From Candidatus Omnitrophota bacterium (GTDB lineage: Bacteria > Omnitrophota > Gorgyraeia > Zapsychrales > Fredricksoniimonadaceae): DNA of 64,000 bases. The notes beneath the pieces are model-generated. The model was not told the origin of the DNA. It worked only from the letters and a program-made list of their open reading frames with translations, and searched no databases. Made by a program: the position numbers and the translations under genes. Of the stretch, positions 1 to 8,799 are shown one piece after another; the stretch's first letter is position 1, and every line of letters starts with the position of its first letter. The stretch spans positions 106,338-170,337 of the forward strand of contig CAWHFJ010000009.1 of assembly GCA_963828495.1 (NCBI GenBank), read 5' to 3'.

Positions 1-70
1 CCGCAGGGTCTACGACTCCCACTTTGATATTGGTGCCGCCGACATCCACACCAACGACATACCGACTCAT
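1..70 (-). CDS. ROK-family sugar kinase (glucokinase-like), first 23 codons only; gene runs off the left edge
   Basis: The reverse complement of 1..70 starts with ATG and reads MSRYVVGVDVGGTNIKVGVVDPA. This is the N-terminal DxGGT phosphate-binding motif of ROK/glucokinase proteins. It is too short to appear in the ORF track. Confidence 0.45.
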   Translation of the reverse strand, partial: MSRYVVGVDVGGTNIKVGVVDPA

Positions 71-161
71 TACAATCCTTACTTTTAACTGTTATTAAGA
101 CTTTTATTTATTTTATACTAAAAAAAACAGGTCTTCAATAGGCGTTTCAAATGAATTCCAG

Positions 162-1568
162 CTAATATAATGGCCGAAAGGCGGTCAAGCCTTTGGGAAT
201 AGTGAAGATGAATTTGGCGCCACGACCCGCCTGGGATTCTACACGCACACGCCCACCCTGGTCTTCTACCGCGGCTTTGACAATGGCCAACCCCACCCCT
301 GTTCCGCTATATTCATCCCCTGTATGCAGACGTTTAAAAATATCAAAAATTTCCTGATGATGCTTGGGGTCAATGCCGATCCCGTTATCTTCAACGGTAA
401 ATTCATACCCCTTGAGGTTATCACGCCAACTGATTTTCACCACAGGACGAGTCCCGGCGGGGACAAATTTAATCGCGTTACTGATAAGATTAAAAAATAC
501 AGCCGTGGTTTTAATGCGGTCACAAACGATTTGGGGCATGGGAGATCCCAGTTCAATGCGGGCTGATGCGTGTTGAATCATAAAATCGCAATTGGCAACG
601 GCCGCGTCAATGACCTCCTGAATAGAGCTACGCGTATAAGGATTTTTAACCCGGGATATCCTGGTCAACTCCAACATGTCCTTAATCAACGCATTAAGCC
701 GCGTGGCCCCACGGCGCACACCGCTGATACAATCCTGGCCTTTTTTGTCCAGCTGCGCAGCATAGTGCCCTTCCAAATAAGCCCCATAACCGACGATGGT
801 CGTCAAGGGACCCGCTATATCGTGGCTGACCGTATGCACAAACCTGTCGAGCTCCTGATTTAATTTTTCTAAATCCTTCTTCTGCCGGTTGATTTCTTCC
901 AAATTTTCCTTAAACACAAACAGCAATAACCCGAGCGTTGTACTTAAAACTAAACTAAACCAAAATATCTCATTGGACCTCTGACGCCTTTGCTCACTTT
1001 TGTTGACCGATTCATGCACCAGGCCCCATACCTGCTGGACAATGGCCTGGACGTGCCTCGACAGCCCTCTCTGGCGCAGGTCAATGGCGTCCAAATCTTC
1101 CAGTGACAGTTGAAACCCGCCTTTTTCCACCGCTATAAATATGGCCTCGACCGTACTGTCATACCGTTGGGTTTGATCGGCCCAACGCGCAAAAGAGTCC
1201 TTCAAAGATGACGGGATATCTCCCAGCGCATCCACACGGGCAATCTGAACATCGGACTGTTTAATGTACTGACCAAAAAGCCCTTCTAAGCCCTTCACAT
1301 AATCCGCTAAATATTGACTCCGCGACCCATTAACCTGACCAAACGCTAATTCTTCAGCAGCCCCTGAGAGCTTTTCAAAAATAATTTCCTTTTCCAGCTG
1401 TATCTCATTAAGCTGGGTGGCCGCCTCCATCAAAACCAAATCCACTTGGGCCACATGGTCAAACTCTACAAAAATATCGGCTAATTGGCTCAACCCCACC
1501 CAGGCCGTGGCTGTCAGGAAAGCCAGCAACAATAAAACCAAAACAAAAATTTTAGAGGAATTCTTCAT
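162..1568 (-). CDS. membrane sensor histidine kinase (helical extracytoplasmic sensor, HisKA + HATPase_c)
   Basis: N-terminal TM segment and a second TM near aa 195-215. H-box FVHTVSHDIAGPL. ATPase boxes NAIKF, EDNGIGI and GTGVGLAIV. Confidence 0.9.
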   Translation of the reverse strand: MKNSSKIFVLVLLLLAFLTATAWVGLSQLADIFVEFDHVAQVDLVLMEAATQLNEIQLEKEIIFEKLSGAAEELAFGQVNGSRSQYLADYVKGLEGLFGQYIKQSDVQIARVDALGDIPSSLKDSFARWADQTQRYDSTVEAIFIAVEKGGFQLSLEDLDAIDLRQRGLSRHVQAIVQQVWGLVHESVNKSEQRRQRSNEIFWFSLVLSTTLGLLLFVFKENLEEINRQKKDLEKLNQELDRFVHTVSHDIAGPLTTIVGYGAYLEGHYAAQLDKKGQDCISGVRRGATRLNALIKDMLELTRISRVKNPYTRSSIQEVIDAAVANCDFMIQHASARIELGSPMPQIVCDRIKTTAVFFNLISNAIKFVPAGTRPVVKISWRDNLKGYEFTVEDNGIGIDPKHHQEIFDIFKRLHTGDEYSGTGVGLAIVKAAVEDQGGRVRVESQAGRGAKFIFTIPKGLTAFRPLY

Positions 1569-2605
1569 AAGTGTTTGTGGGTCTGATAAAGACCAAACGC
1601 TACCACACGATTGCGCCCCTGAGATTTAGCGCGGTACAAAGCCCAATCCGCCTTGTCCATGAGCTCTTCTAAAAGTTTACCGTCGCTAGGATAGACCGCG
1701 ACCCCAATACTCAACGTCATATGCAGGCTATTGTCATACGCTTTGATCACTGTGTCCTGTGCGGCCTTACGGATACGTTCCGCCACCACACAAGAACCTT
1801 CCAAATCCGTATCCGGCAAAACCACACAAAACTCTTCTCCGCCGAAGCGTCCTACAATATCGATTTCACGCACACCTTCCTGGATAATACGGGCTATCTC
1901 TTTGAGCACCGCATCTCCGGTCAAATGCCCGTGCTGATCATTGACCATTTTAAAATGGTCGGCATCAATCATTAAAAAGGCAAGACTGCTCTTGTGAAGA
2001 CGCGAACGCTTGATTTCCTCATCAAAACGCTCGATAAAATAACGCCGGGTATAAACTCCTGTCAGGCCGTCGGTAATAGCCAGGGTTTCAATGTCCTTGT
2101 ATAGCTTCAGGCGCCGCAAGGCCAAAGCAAACTGATGCGCCAGGATCGCAAATTTCTCTTTGTCTTTGTCCTCCAAACCTTTGTATAACAACACCCCGAA
2201 TTTGCTTTCCTTGCTCTTGAGCACAAAAACCCCATAATCACTGGGTAAAATCCCGTCCTTAAAAGCCTCATCCACCTCATGCACCAATTGGCAGTCCGCT
2301 AGGTCCACGTTTTCATTTAATTTCTTACGAAAGATATCAAACGCTTCCTGTTCTTCCCAATGACGAGTGATTTCCTTGGTCATCTCATAAAGAGTAAATA
2401 TCTGCGACGCCTGATTTTCTAGCTTGGATTTTTCAGCCTGTGCTTTTTCTTTCTGTTCAATAATTTTTCCAAAAACATCCTTAGCCCCCAGCACATCCTC
2501 ATCCGCCCTCTGCTCCAGCCCCAAGACCACGAGCTTAGCTAAGTAAAAAACCACGGCCACAAAAGCTGCTGTGAGAATAATAAAAATATAAATCATGCGG
2601 CACAC
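1565..2605 (-). CDS. diguanylate cyclase (TM, coiled coil, GGDEF domain)
   Basis: GGEEF active site (RFGGEEFCVVLP) with an RxxD I-site (REID) five residues upstream. A 4-nt ATGA overlap joins it to the downstream kinase gene. Confidence 0.9.
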   Translation of the reverse strand: MCRMIYIFIILTAAFVAVVFYLAKLVVLGLEQRADEDVLGAKDVFGKIIEQKEKAQAEKSKLENQASQIFTLYEMTKEITRHWEEQEAFDIFRKKLNENVDLADCQLVHEVDEAFKDGILPSDYGVFVLKSKESKFGVLLYKGLEDKDKEKFAILAHQFALALRRLKLYKDIETLAITDGLTGVYTRRYFIERFDEEIKRSRLHKSSLAFLMIDADHFKMVNDQHGHLTGDAVLKEIARIIQEGVREIDIVGRFGGEEFCVVLPDTDLEGSCVVAERIRKAAQDTVIKAYDNSLHMTLSIGVAVYPSDGKLLEELMDKADWALYRAKSQGRNRVVAFGLYQTHKHL

Positions 2606-3885
2606 ACCTTGTTGCGTCCGGTTTCTTTAGCTTGATACAGCGCCTCATCCGCCTTATAAATCAAATCCTCTTTCGACCGGGCATCAACGGGAAAAGAGGC
2701 GACACCGATGGAGACTGTCACATAGGTTTTCTGCCGGCGCAGGGTGATTTCATGCGTTTCAATTTTTTCCCTGAGTTTATTGGCCAACTGCACGGCTTTA
2801 GATTTGGGACAATTCGGCAGTAAAATGCAAAACTCTTCCCCCCCGTAACGGCATAGCAAATCTCCCGGGTCACTGAATTGCTCTTCCATCAGATGGGCTA
2901 CACTCTTTAGCACGATGTCCCCGGCTATGTGGCCGAAAGAATCATTATATTTTTTAAAACGGTCTAAATCAATCATCATAAAGACAAGCTCGGCCCCTAC
3001 GCGTATGCCCCGGGCAATTTCTTCATTGAGACGTTCCAGCATATGCCGGCGAAGATACAACCCGGTCAGCCCGTCTTTAATGGCCATGGTCTCCAGACGT
3101 TCGTACAGCTGCGCATTTTCAATGGCGATGGACGTCACATCCGCAATGGTCCGTAAAAACCGCAAATCATCTGTGGCAAAGTGGCGCGCCACGGTGCTCT
3201 CCACGCGTAGAATGCCCAGTGTTTTTTCCCCCACAATAAGGGGGGTGGAAATGAGCGAACGAATAAGACGTTTCTCTTCCGCTCCTATTTTATCCAGATC
3301 AAAACGGAAATCCGTATGAACGTCCTCCACGAGCAGAGGATGCATGGTCTTGATGACAAACTGATCGAAAATATCCCCCTTTTTGGCCTTGAGATCGACT
3401 TGCATCTGCCCTTTTTGAGAAGAAGAAAGCCCCAGTTCGCCGGTGGTGGAATGGAATAAATACAAAATCACGGTCACATCTTTATGGCCGAAAAGACGAC
3501 TGACCTCGACAGACAAAGTATTCGATGTCTCCTCCAGGCTCAAACACAGGCTTAATTTTTCGGTCAATTCTTTTAAATGTGCATAACTGATGATCTTCTG
3601 GCGCAGAGACTCGATGGTTTCCCATTCACGCTGCAATTCGGCTTTCAGCAAATTGGCACGCTCAAAATACTCCTCTTTCTGCAAAGCAATGTGCGACTGT
3701 TTTTTTTGCAGACGTCTGTGAAAAGCCATCAATAAAAAAATATTGATCAAAAGGGCAGCTGCCAGGAAGAAATAGGCCGCGGGATTGTGAGATGCGTAAA
3801 CAAAAAAACCCACTAAAGGGACTAGGAAAGAAAAAACAACTAGGAAATACAGCCTAGATAATGGTTTCTTCGGTTTTCGAATCAA
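2593..3885 (-). CDS. diguanylate cyclase with two TM segments, coiled coil, GAF and GGDEF domains
   Basis: RYGGEEFCILLP active site and a GAF-like region (LISTPLIVGEKTLGILRVES). It overlaps both neighbouring genes. Confidence 0.9.
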   Translation of the reverse strand: MIRKPKKPLSRLYFLVVFSFLVPLVGFFVYASHNPAAYFFLAAALLINIFLLMAFHRRLQKKQSHIALQKEEYFERANLLKAELQREWETIESLRQKIISYAHLKELTEKLSLCLSLEETSNTLSVEVSRLFGHKDVTVILYLFHSTTGELGLSSSQKGQMQVDLKAKKGDIFDQFVIKTMHPLLVEDVHTDFRFDLDKIGAEEKRLIRSLISTPLIVGEKTLGILRVESTVARHFATDDLRFLRTIADVTSIAIENAQLYERLETMAIKDGLTGLYLRRHMLERLNEEIARGIRVGAELVFMMIDLDRFKKYNDSFGHIAGDIVLKSVAHLMEEQFSDPGDLLCRYGGEEFCILLPNCPKSKAVQLANKLREKIETHEITLRRQKTYVTVSIGVASFPVDARSKEDLIYKADEALYQAKETGRNKVCAA

Positions 3886-4957
3886 AGAAGTGTACCTTGC
3901 TCATGTCGAATATCAGGTCCATGTCCCGGTTGACATCCGGCAGGTCATGGGCCCCAACGCGAGCGATAAAATTATGCTTGCCCGTTGTTAAATACAGGTA
4001 GACCTCGGAGCCCAGTGGCTCCACCACTTCACAGGTGGCCCGCACGGTATTTTCGGGTGAGGCGTCGGAAGCGAACAGTCTATCGTAAATGTCCTCCGAA
4101 CGGATCCCCATAATGATTTCCTGACCGCTATACTCAGCAATCTTAGGATACATCTCGTCTAATAGTTTAACCTGAAACTTACCTTCATTAAAGAAATATT
4201 TGTGGTCCCTCTTGATAATCCGGCCCGTAATAAAATTGATCGGAGGCGAACCGATGCAGGAAGCCACAAATTTATTGGCCGGCTTATCATAAACCGTTAT
4301 AGGGTCCGCACATTGCTGGATCAATCCTTCATTCATGACCACAATACGGTCCCCCATGGTCATGGCTTCGGTTTGATCGTGCGTCACATAAATAAAGGTC
4401 GTCTGCAAGCGCATGCGCAATTTATGGATTTCGGTGCGCATCTGTACGCGCATCTTGGCATCCAGGTTGGACAGCGGTTCATCGAAAAGAAACACCAAAG
4501 GTTTGCGCACAATGGCGCGGCCCAAGGCCACACGCTGGCGTTCCCCTCCGGAAAGCTCACGCGGCCGGCGTTCTAAATATTGGTTGATCCCCAAAACTTC
4601 AGCCGCTTCATGGACGCGTTTCTCAACTTCGGGTTTGGGATAGCGGTGTAATTTGAGGCCAAAGGCCATATTTTCAAACACGTTCATATGCGGATACAGG
4701 GCATAATTCTGGAACACCATGGCAATATTGCGGTCTTTGGCAGGAACATCATTGACTAAGCGATCATTGATCCAAATCTCACCGGAGGTGACTTCTTCCA
4801 ATCCGGCCACCATGCGCAAGGTGGTGGATTTACCGCAGCCGGAAGGCCCGACAAGTACGACAAACTCCTTATCGCCGATTTCCAAATTAACATTCTTGAC
4901 GGCATCGAAACCGCCTTTATACCTTTTGCAAAGATTTTTGATCCTGATATGGGCCAT
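3854..4957 (-). CDS. sugar-type ABC transporter ATP-binding protein (MalK/UgpC-like), no permease or binding protein adjacent
   Basis: Walker A GPSGCGKST, signature LSGGERQRV, Walker B LVFLFDEPLS, and a C-terminal MalK-type regulatory domain. Confidence 0.9.
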   Translation of the reverse strand: MAHIRIKNLCKRYKGGFDAVKNVNLEIGDKEFVVLVGPSGCGKSTTLRMVAGLEEVTSGEIWINDRLVNDVPAKDRNIAMVFQNYALYPHMNVFENMAFGLKLHRYPKPEVEKRVHEAAEVLGINQYLERRPRELSGGERQRVALGRAIVRKPLVFLFDEPLSNLDAKMRVQMRTEIHKLRMRLQTTFIYVTHDQTEAMTMGDRIVVMNEGLIQQCADPITVYDKPANKFVASCIGSPPINFITGRIIKRDHKYFFNEGKFQVKLLDEMYPKIAEYSGQEIIMGIRSEDIYDRLFASDASPENTVRATCEVVEPLGSEVYLYLTTGKHNFIARVGAHDLPDVNRDMDLIFDMSKVHFFDSKTEETII

Positions 4958-4959
4958 AA

Positions 4960-5802
4960 TTAGTTTTGAAAATAGCCTATCGCATGCGCCAAAACCCCTT
5001 TAAGGTCCTGGCGTTGGACAATCATATCAATCATGCCGTGGGCCAATAAAAATTCCGAACGTTGAAAGCCCGGAGGTAATTTTTGTCTTATGGTCTGTTC
5101 CACGACCCTGGGGCCGGCAAAACCGATCAACGCTTTGGGTTCGGCGATAATCACGTCCCCTACCCCGGCGAAAGAAGCCATGATCCCCCCCATGGTCGGA
5201 TTCGTCAATACCGAAATATACAACAGCCCCGCCGCCTGATGACGCTGCAGGGCCGCACAGGTCTTGGCCATCTGCATGAGCGAAATAGCCCCTTCATACA
5301 TGCGCGCCCCGCCGCCGGAACCTGAGACAATAATCACCGGCAATTGCTCCCGGGTCGCATATTCCACCAGACGGGTTATTTTTTCACCTACGACAGAGCC
5401 CATGGATCCCATGATAAAACGCGAATCCGTCACCGCCAGGGCAACTTTTTTCCCTTCAATGGCGCCATAACCGGAGATCACGGCATCTTGAAGCCCCGTG
5501 GACTCCTGGTCCTGTTTGATTTTTTCTTTATAGGTCTTGGGGCCTTCAAATGCCAACGGGTCACCGGAGACCATATTCGGGTCTGTCTCGTTAAATGTCC
5601 CCTCATCAATTAAATGCTCAATGCGCTCGCCGGCCGTTAAACTCAAATGAAAGCCGCATTTGGGGCAGACATTCAGGTTGTTCTTTAATTCTTTGGAATA
5701 CGCCGGCGACTCACAGCCCGGGCATTTGGTCCATACGCCGGCGGGGATCTCCTTGCGCTTGACTTTGATAAAGGTGTAATTGGATTTCCCGAATAAGGAC
5801 AT
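4960..5802 (-). CDS. accD: acetyl-CoA carboxylase carboxyltransferase beta subunit
   Basis: N-terminal zinc ribbon CPGC..CPKC followed by a carboxyltransferase domain. Length of 280 aa is typical. Confidence 0.92.
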   Translation of the reverse strand: MSLFGKSNYTFIKVKRKEIPAGVWTKCPGCESPAYSKELKNNLNVCPKCGFHLSLTAGERIEHLIDEGTFNETDPNMVSGDPLAFEGPKTYKEKIKQDQESTGLQDAVISGYGAIEGKKVALAVTDSRFIMGSMGSVVGEKITRLVEYATREQLPVIIVSGSGGGARMYEGAISLMQMAKTCAALQRHQAAGLLYISVLTNPTMGGIMASFAGVGDVIIAEPKALIGFAGPRVVEQTIRQKLPPGFQRSEFLLAHGMIDMIVQRQDLKGVLAHAIGYFQN

Positions 5803-5830
5803 ATATTTACCGTGCCATTACTCTCAATAT

Positions 5831-5972
5831 GGCGGGGCCTGGCTTGGCCTCGATATTAAGGTGCTCCTAATTGAAATGCGTTTGTCACAGCCTTAGCTCT
5901 TGGTGATTTACCTCGACTGCCCCTTGGGGCCGTCACCGTCCGCTCCTTAATATCGAGGCCAAGCCACCCGCC
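5831..5972 (+). repeat. family E palindromic repeat, copy 1
   Basis: A perfect 21-bp stem pairs GGCTTGGCCTCGATATTAAGG (5841..5861) with CCTTAATATCGAGGCCAAGCC (5945..5965), extended by GGCGGG/CCCGCC. The stem encloses an ~87-nt core that recurs at 46224..46310. Confidence 0.7.
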
Positions 5973-5998
5973 GCTTAATTTAGCCTTATGTTCTCGCT

Positions 5999-7297
5999 CT
6001 ACTCCATTTTATAAATCGTCAATCCCGATAACACTTTGGGATAGAAATAGGTGGTCTTAGGCGGCATACGCTCGTCGTTAAGCGCGATGGCCCGCAATTG
6101 CTTGACCGAAACGGGATTAAGAATAAATCCGGCCTCAGCGGCACCTTCATTCACAGCTCTCACGACTTCATCAGGATCTATAGAATAAACCGTATCATCG
6201 GTGGACACCCCTACTTGGTCTAAAATAAACGCCTTCAAAATAGCCGCATCTAAACTGCGATAGTCCCTGGAGCCTTCCTTGACCATCTTATCAATGAGCA
6301 TTTTATTCTTTAACCGCAGTAAAAACATGCCCTGCTTGTTATACAAACCAAAGGCATGCTCATTTTGGCCCGCGCGGGCCAATAAAACCATCCAATCTAT
6401 TTTATTCTTAACACGATCAATACGGAAATACTGTTCTAAAAGATTAACGCTGATGGGAAATTTTTTGACGATGCGGTGAATGGGGAATATCTGCAAATCC
6501 TTGGAGTCCATATTGGTAAAATAGGTCATCACATAATCGTAGGGTTCCTCACCCGTGGTCTTGGGAGCCTTCTTTAAAGCCTCCCGGCGGATTTGATTCG
6601 CCACCTCGAAACGATGATGCCCGTCACAGATAAATAAATTCTGGTTATCAACAACACGGATGATTTCCTGAATTTTATCCGGGTCTTCCAAGCGCCAGAT
6701 GGAGTGTTTGACTTTATCCTGGTCCACCGCTTCCAGATCAGGCTTCTGGTTGGCCAAATCTTTAAAGAATATCCGGTCGATTTTGCCGGCCTTATCCGCG
6801 TATCCGACAAAAATCGGGCTTAAGTTGCTTTTTAAGGCGCTCCACAGCGTGAACCGGTCGGTTTTAGCCAAGGCATGCGTGTGCTCGTGCGGTAAAGTGC
6901 GCACCCCCGAGTCTTCGGTTATTTTCAACAGCCCCAAAAAACCCGTACGGATATATTTTTCGCCTTGATATTTATAATCCTGTTTATAAAAATAAATACA
7001 GGGTTTTTCATCTTGTTTTAATATGCCTTTTTTTAGCCATTCCTCATATGTCTTCTTGGCCCGGATGTATTTATTGTCCTTGTCAGTGTCTTTAGGCGTG
7101 TCTTTGGTCAATTCCAGGCGGATAAAATTATACGGGGCCTGCTTATAATAAGCATCCTGCTGTTCCTTGGAGATAATATCATAGGGGGGACAGAAGACCT
7201 CTGAGAGGTTTTCGACTTTCTCCTTATTATAAAAAACCGCCGCGAATGGCTTAAGCGCTGACATGAACCATGCCCTTTCTTTATTTAAAATTAACAA
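5999..7297 (-). CDS. DUF1015 family protein
   Basis: Length of 432 aa and motifs such as FICDGHHR and YFYPK are typical of the DUF1015 family as I recall it. Confidence 0.75.
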   Translation of the reverse strand: MLILNKERAWFMSALKPFAAVFYNKEKVENLSEVFCPPYDIISKEQQDAYYKQAPYNFIRLELTKDTPKDTDKDNKYIRAKKTYEEWLKKGILKQDEKPCIYFYKQDYKYQGEKYIRTGFLGLLKITEDSGVRTLPHEHTHALAKTDRFTLWSALKSNLSPIFVGYADKAGKIDRIFFKDLANQKPDLEAVDQDKVKHSIWRLEDPDKIQEIIRVVDNQNLFICDGHHRFEVANQIRREALKKAPKTTGEEPYDYVMTYFTNMDSKDLQIFPIHRIVKKFPISVNLLEQYFRIDRVKNKIDWMVLLARAGQNEHAFGLYNKQGMFLLRLKNKMLIDKMVKEGSRDYRSLDAAILKAFILDQVGVSTDDTVYSIDPDEVVRAVNEGAAEAGFILNPVSVKQLRAIALNDERMPPKTTYFYPKVLSGLTIYKME

Positions 7298-7351
7298 AGG
7301 AATAATTATAACATAAAACTATATTAAAGGAAGCAAAAGCAGGCCTGAAGC

Positions 7352-7636
7352 CTATTTATCCTTGTGTGGGCATCCCGCGCAGCATGAACCGGAAGCCGCA
7401 GGAGTACCGGCCGATTTGGAGGAATCTTTCTTTTCAGCGGTTGGAGCGGCTTTCTTTTTATAATCGGTTTCGTAGAAACCGGACCCTTTAAAAATCATGC
7501 CGGAGCCGCTGCCGATCAAGCGGGATAATTTCTTTTTATGGCATTTCGGGCATTTGGTCAATTTAGGGTCAGTCATGGTCTGCAATTCTTCGAAAACGTG
7601 TCCGCAGGCCTGGCATTCGTAGTCATAGGTTGGCAT
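7352..7636 (-). CDS. FmdB-family zinc-ribbon protein
   Basis: N-terminus MPTYDYECQACGHVFE with a second CPKC pair. Cys-rich C-terminal tail. Confidence 0.8.
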   Translation of the reverse strand: MPTYDYECQACGHVFEELQTMTDPKLTKCPKCHKKKLSRLIGSGSGMIFKGSGFYETDYKKKAAPTAEKKDSSKSAGTPAASGSCCAGCPHKDK

Positions 7637-7645
7637 ATATTCACC

Positions 7646-8782
7646 TTATTTAAATGCTTTTTTAAATTTATCCTTAAATGACGATTTACCGTTATTTTCG
7701 CCTAATTCTGTGCTCAATGCCTCCAACAATTCGCGCTGGCGCTGGCTTAGTTGACTGGGGACATTGAGCATCACACGCACATACAAATCGCCATATTCAT
7801 GGCTCCCATGCACATCCGGCATCCCCTGGCCGCGCATACGAAACACCTTACCGCTTTGTGTCCCTTCGGGGATTTTCATGACCACTTCTTCTTTCAGTGT
7901 TTTGATCTTTTCTTCGCCTCCTAAAGCCGCCTTAACAAAGGAAACCGACAAATCCATCTGCAAATCGTGACCATGCCTCTCAAATACAGGATGATTCCTC
8001 ACTTTAATAAAAAGAAACAAATCTCCGCTGCCTCCGCTGCCAATCTCCCCTTCACCCCGGACACGCAGCTGAGAATCATTATCAACACCCGGCGGGATCT
8101 TGATCTCGACCGTACGGGTCATCCTGGTCAATCCTTTCCCGGCGCATTCCGGGCAATACTCCGTGACCATCTTGCCCTGACCATGGCATTTAGGACAGGT
8201 TTGGGCCATACGGAAAAACCCATTAGCCATGACCACCTGGCCTTGTCCGCCGCAGGTCGAACAGGTTTTCATCGCGCTGGCGGATTTAGCGCCGGTGCCG
8301 TCGCATTTCTTGCAGTGCTCATAGCGAGGGAATTTGATTTCCTTCTTAACTCCGCTGTAGGCTTCTTCGAGGCTCAATTCCACTTCGTATTGAATATCGC
8401 GGCCGCGTGAGCGTCTGCTGCCCCGCGCAGAGCCGCCGCCTAAATCAAACTGGGCGCCGAACATACGGCCTAAAAGATCGCCCAAGTCGGACTCGTCGCC
8501 AAAGATGCTGGAGAAATCCGCCCCGCGGAAAATATCTTCCGATGTATAGTTCTGGTCAATGCCCTGATGGCCGAACTGGTCATACGTTTGCTTTTTCTGC
8601 GGATCCGAAAGCACCCCGTAGGCCTCGGAGATTTCCTTAAATTTCTCCTCAGCGGCCTTTTTCTCAGGTTCAGGGACGCGGTCCGGATGGTATTTCAAAG
8701 CCAGAGAACGGTAAGCCTTCTTGATGTCCGCCAAGGTCGCAGTCTTAGGCACGTCTAAAATTTCGTAGTAATCTCGCTTCAT
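7646..8782 (-). CDS. dnaJ: molecular chaperone DnaJ
   Basis: J domain with HPD (KYHPDR), a G/F-rich linker, four CxxCxGxG zinc motifs and a C-terminal domain. The start was moved to MKRDYYEILDV (ATG at 8782). The ORF-track start at 8800 overlaps the dnaK stop. Confidence 0.93.
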   Translation of the reverse strand: MKRDYYEILDVPKTATLADIKKAYRSLALKYHPDRVPEPEKKAAEEKFKEISEAYGVLSDPQKKQTYDQFGHQGIDQNYTSEDIFRGADFSSIFGDESDLGDLLGRMFGAQFDLGGGSARGSRRSRGRDIQYEVELSLEEAYSGVKKEIKFPRYEHCKKCDGTGAKSASAMKTCSTCGGQGQVVMANGFFRMAQTCPKCHGQGKMVTEYCPECAGKGLTRMTRTVEIKIPPGVDNDSQLRVRGEGEIGSGGSGDLFLFIKVRNHPVFERHGHDLQMDLSVSFVKAALGGEEKIKTLKEEVVMKIPEGTQSGKVFRMRGQGMPDVHGSHEYGDLYVRVMLNVPSQLSQRQRELLEALSTELGENNGKSSFKDKFKKAFK

Positions 8783-8799
8783 AATTTTACTGCCCCACA

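Noticed and set aside
5831-5972. Family E as a known riboswitch or housekeeping RNA (6S, SRP, c-di-GMP, TPP, cobalamin, fluoride).
   Set aside because: None of the consensus cores I can recall is present. The element occurs upstream of unrelated genes (accD, mnmE) and antisense to them. It is kept as an unexplained repeat, not assigned to a known class.
7967-8410. Many plus-strand ORFs of 60-200 aa lie antisense to long minus-strand genes, for example 7967..8410, 21520..22029, 22059..22550, 43800..44426, 48059..48547 and 63319..63915.
   Set aside because: They fall entirely inside well-supported conserved genes on the other strand. They have low-complexity Arg/Ser/Pro-rich composition and no recognisable motifs or RBSs. 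These are typical shadow ORFs.
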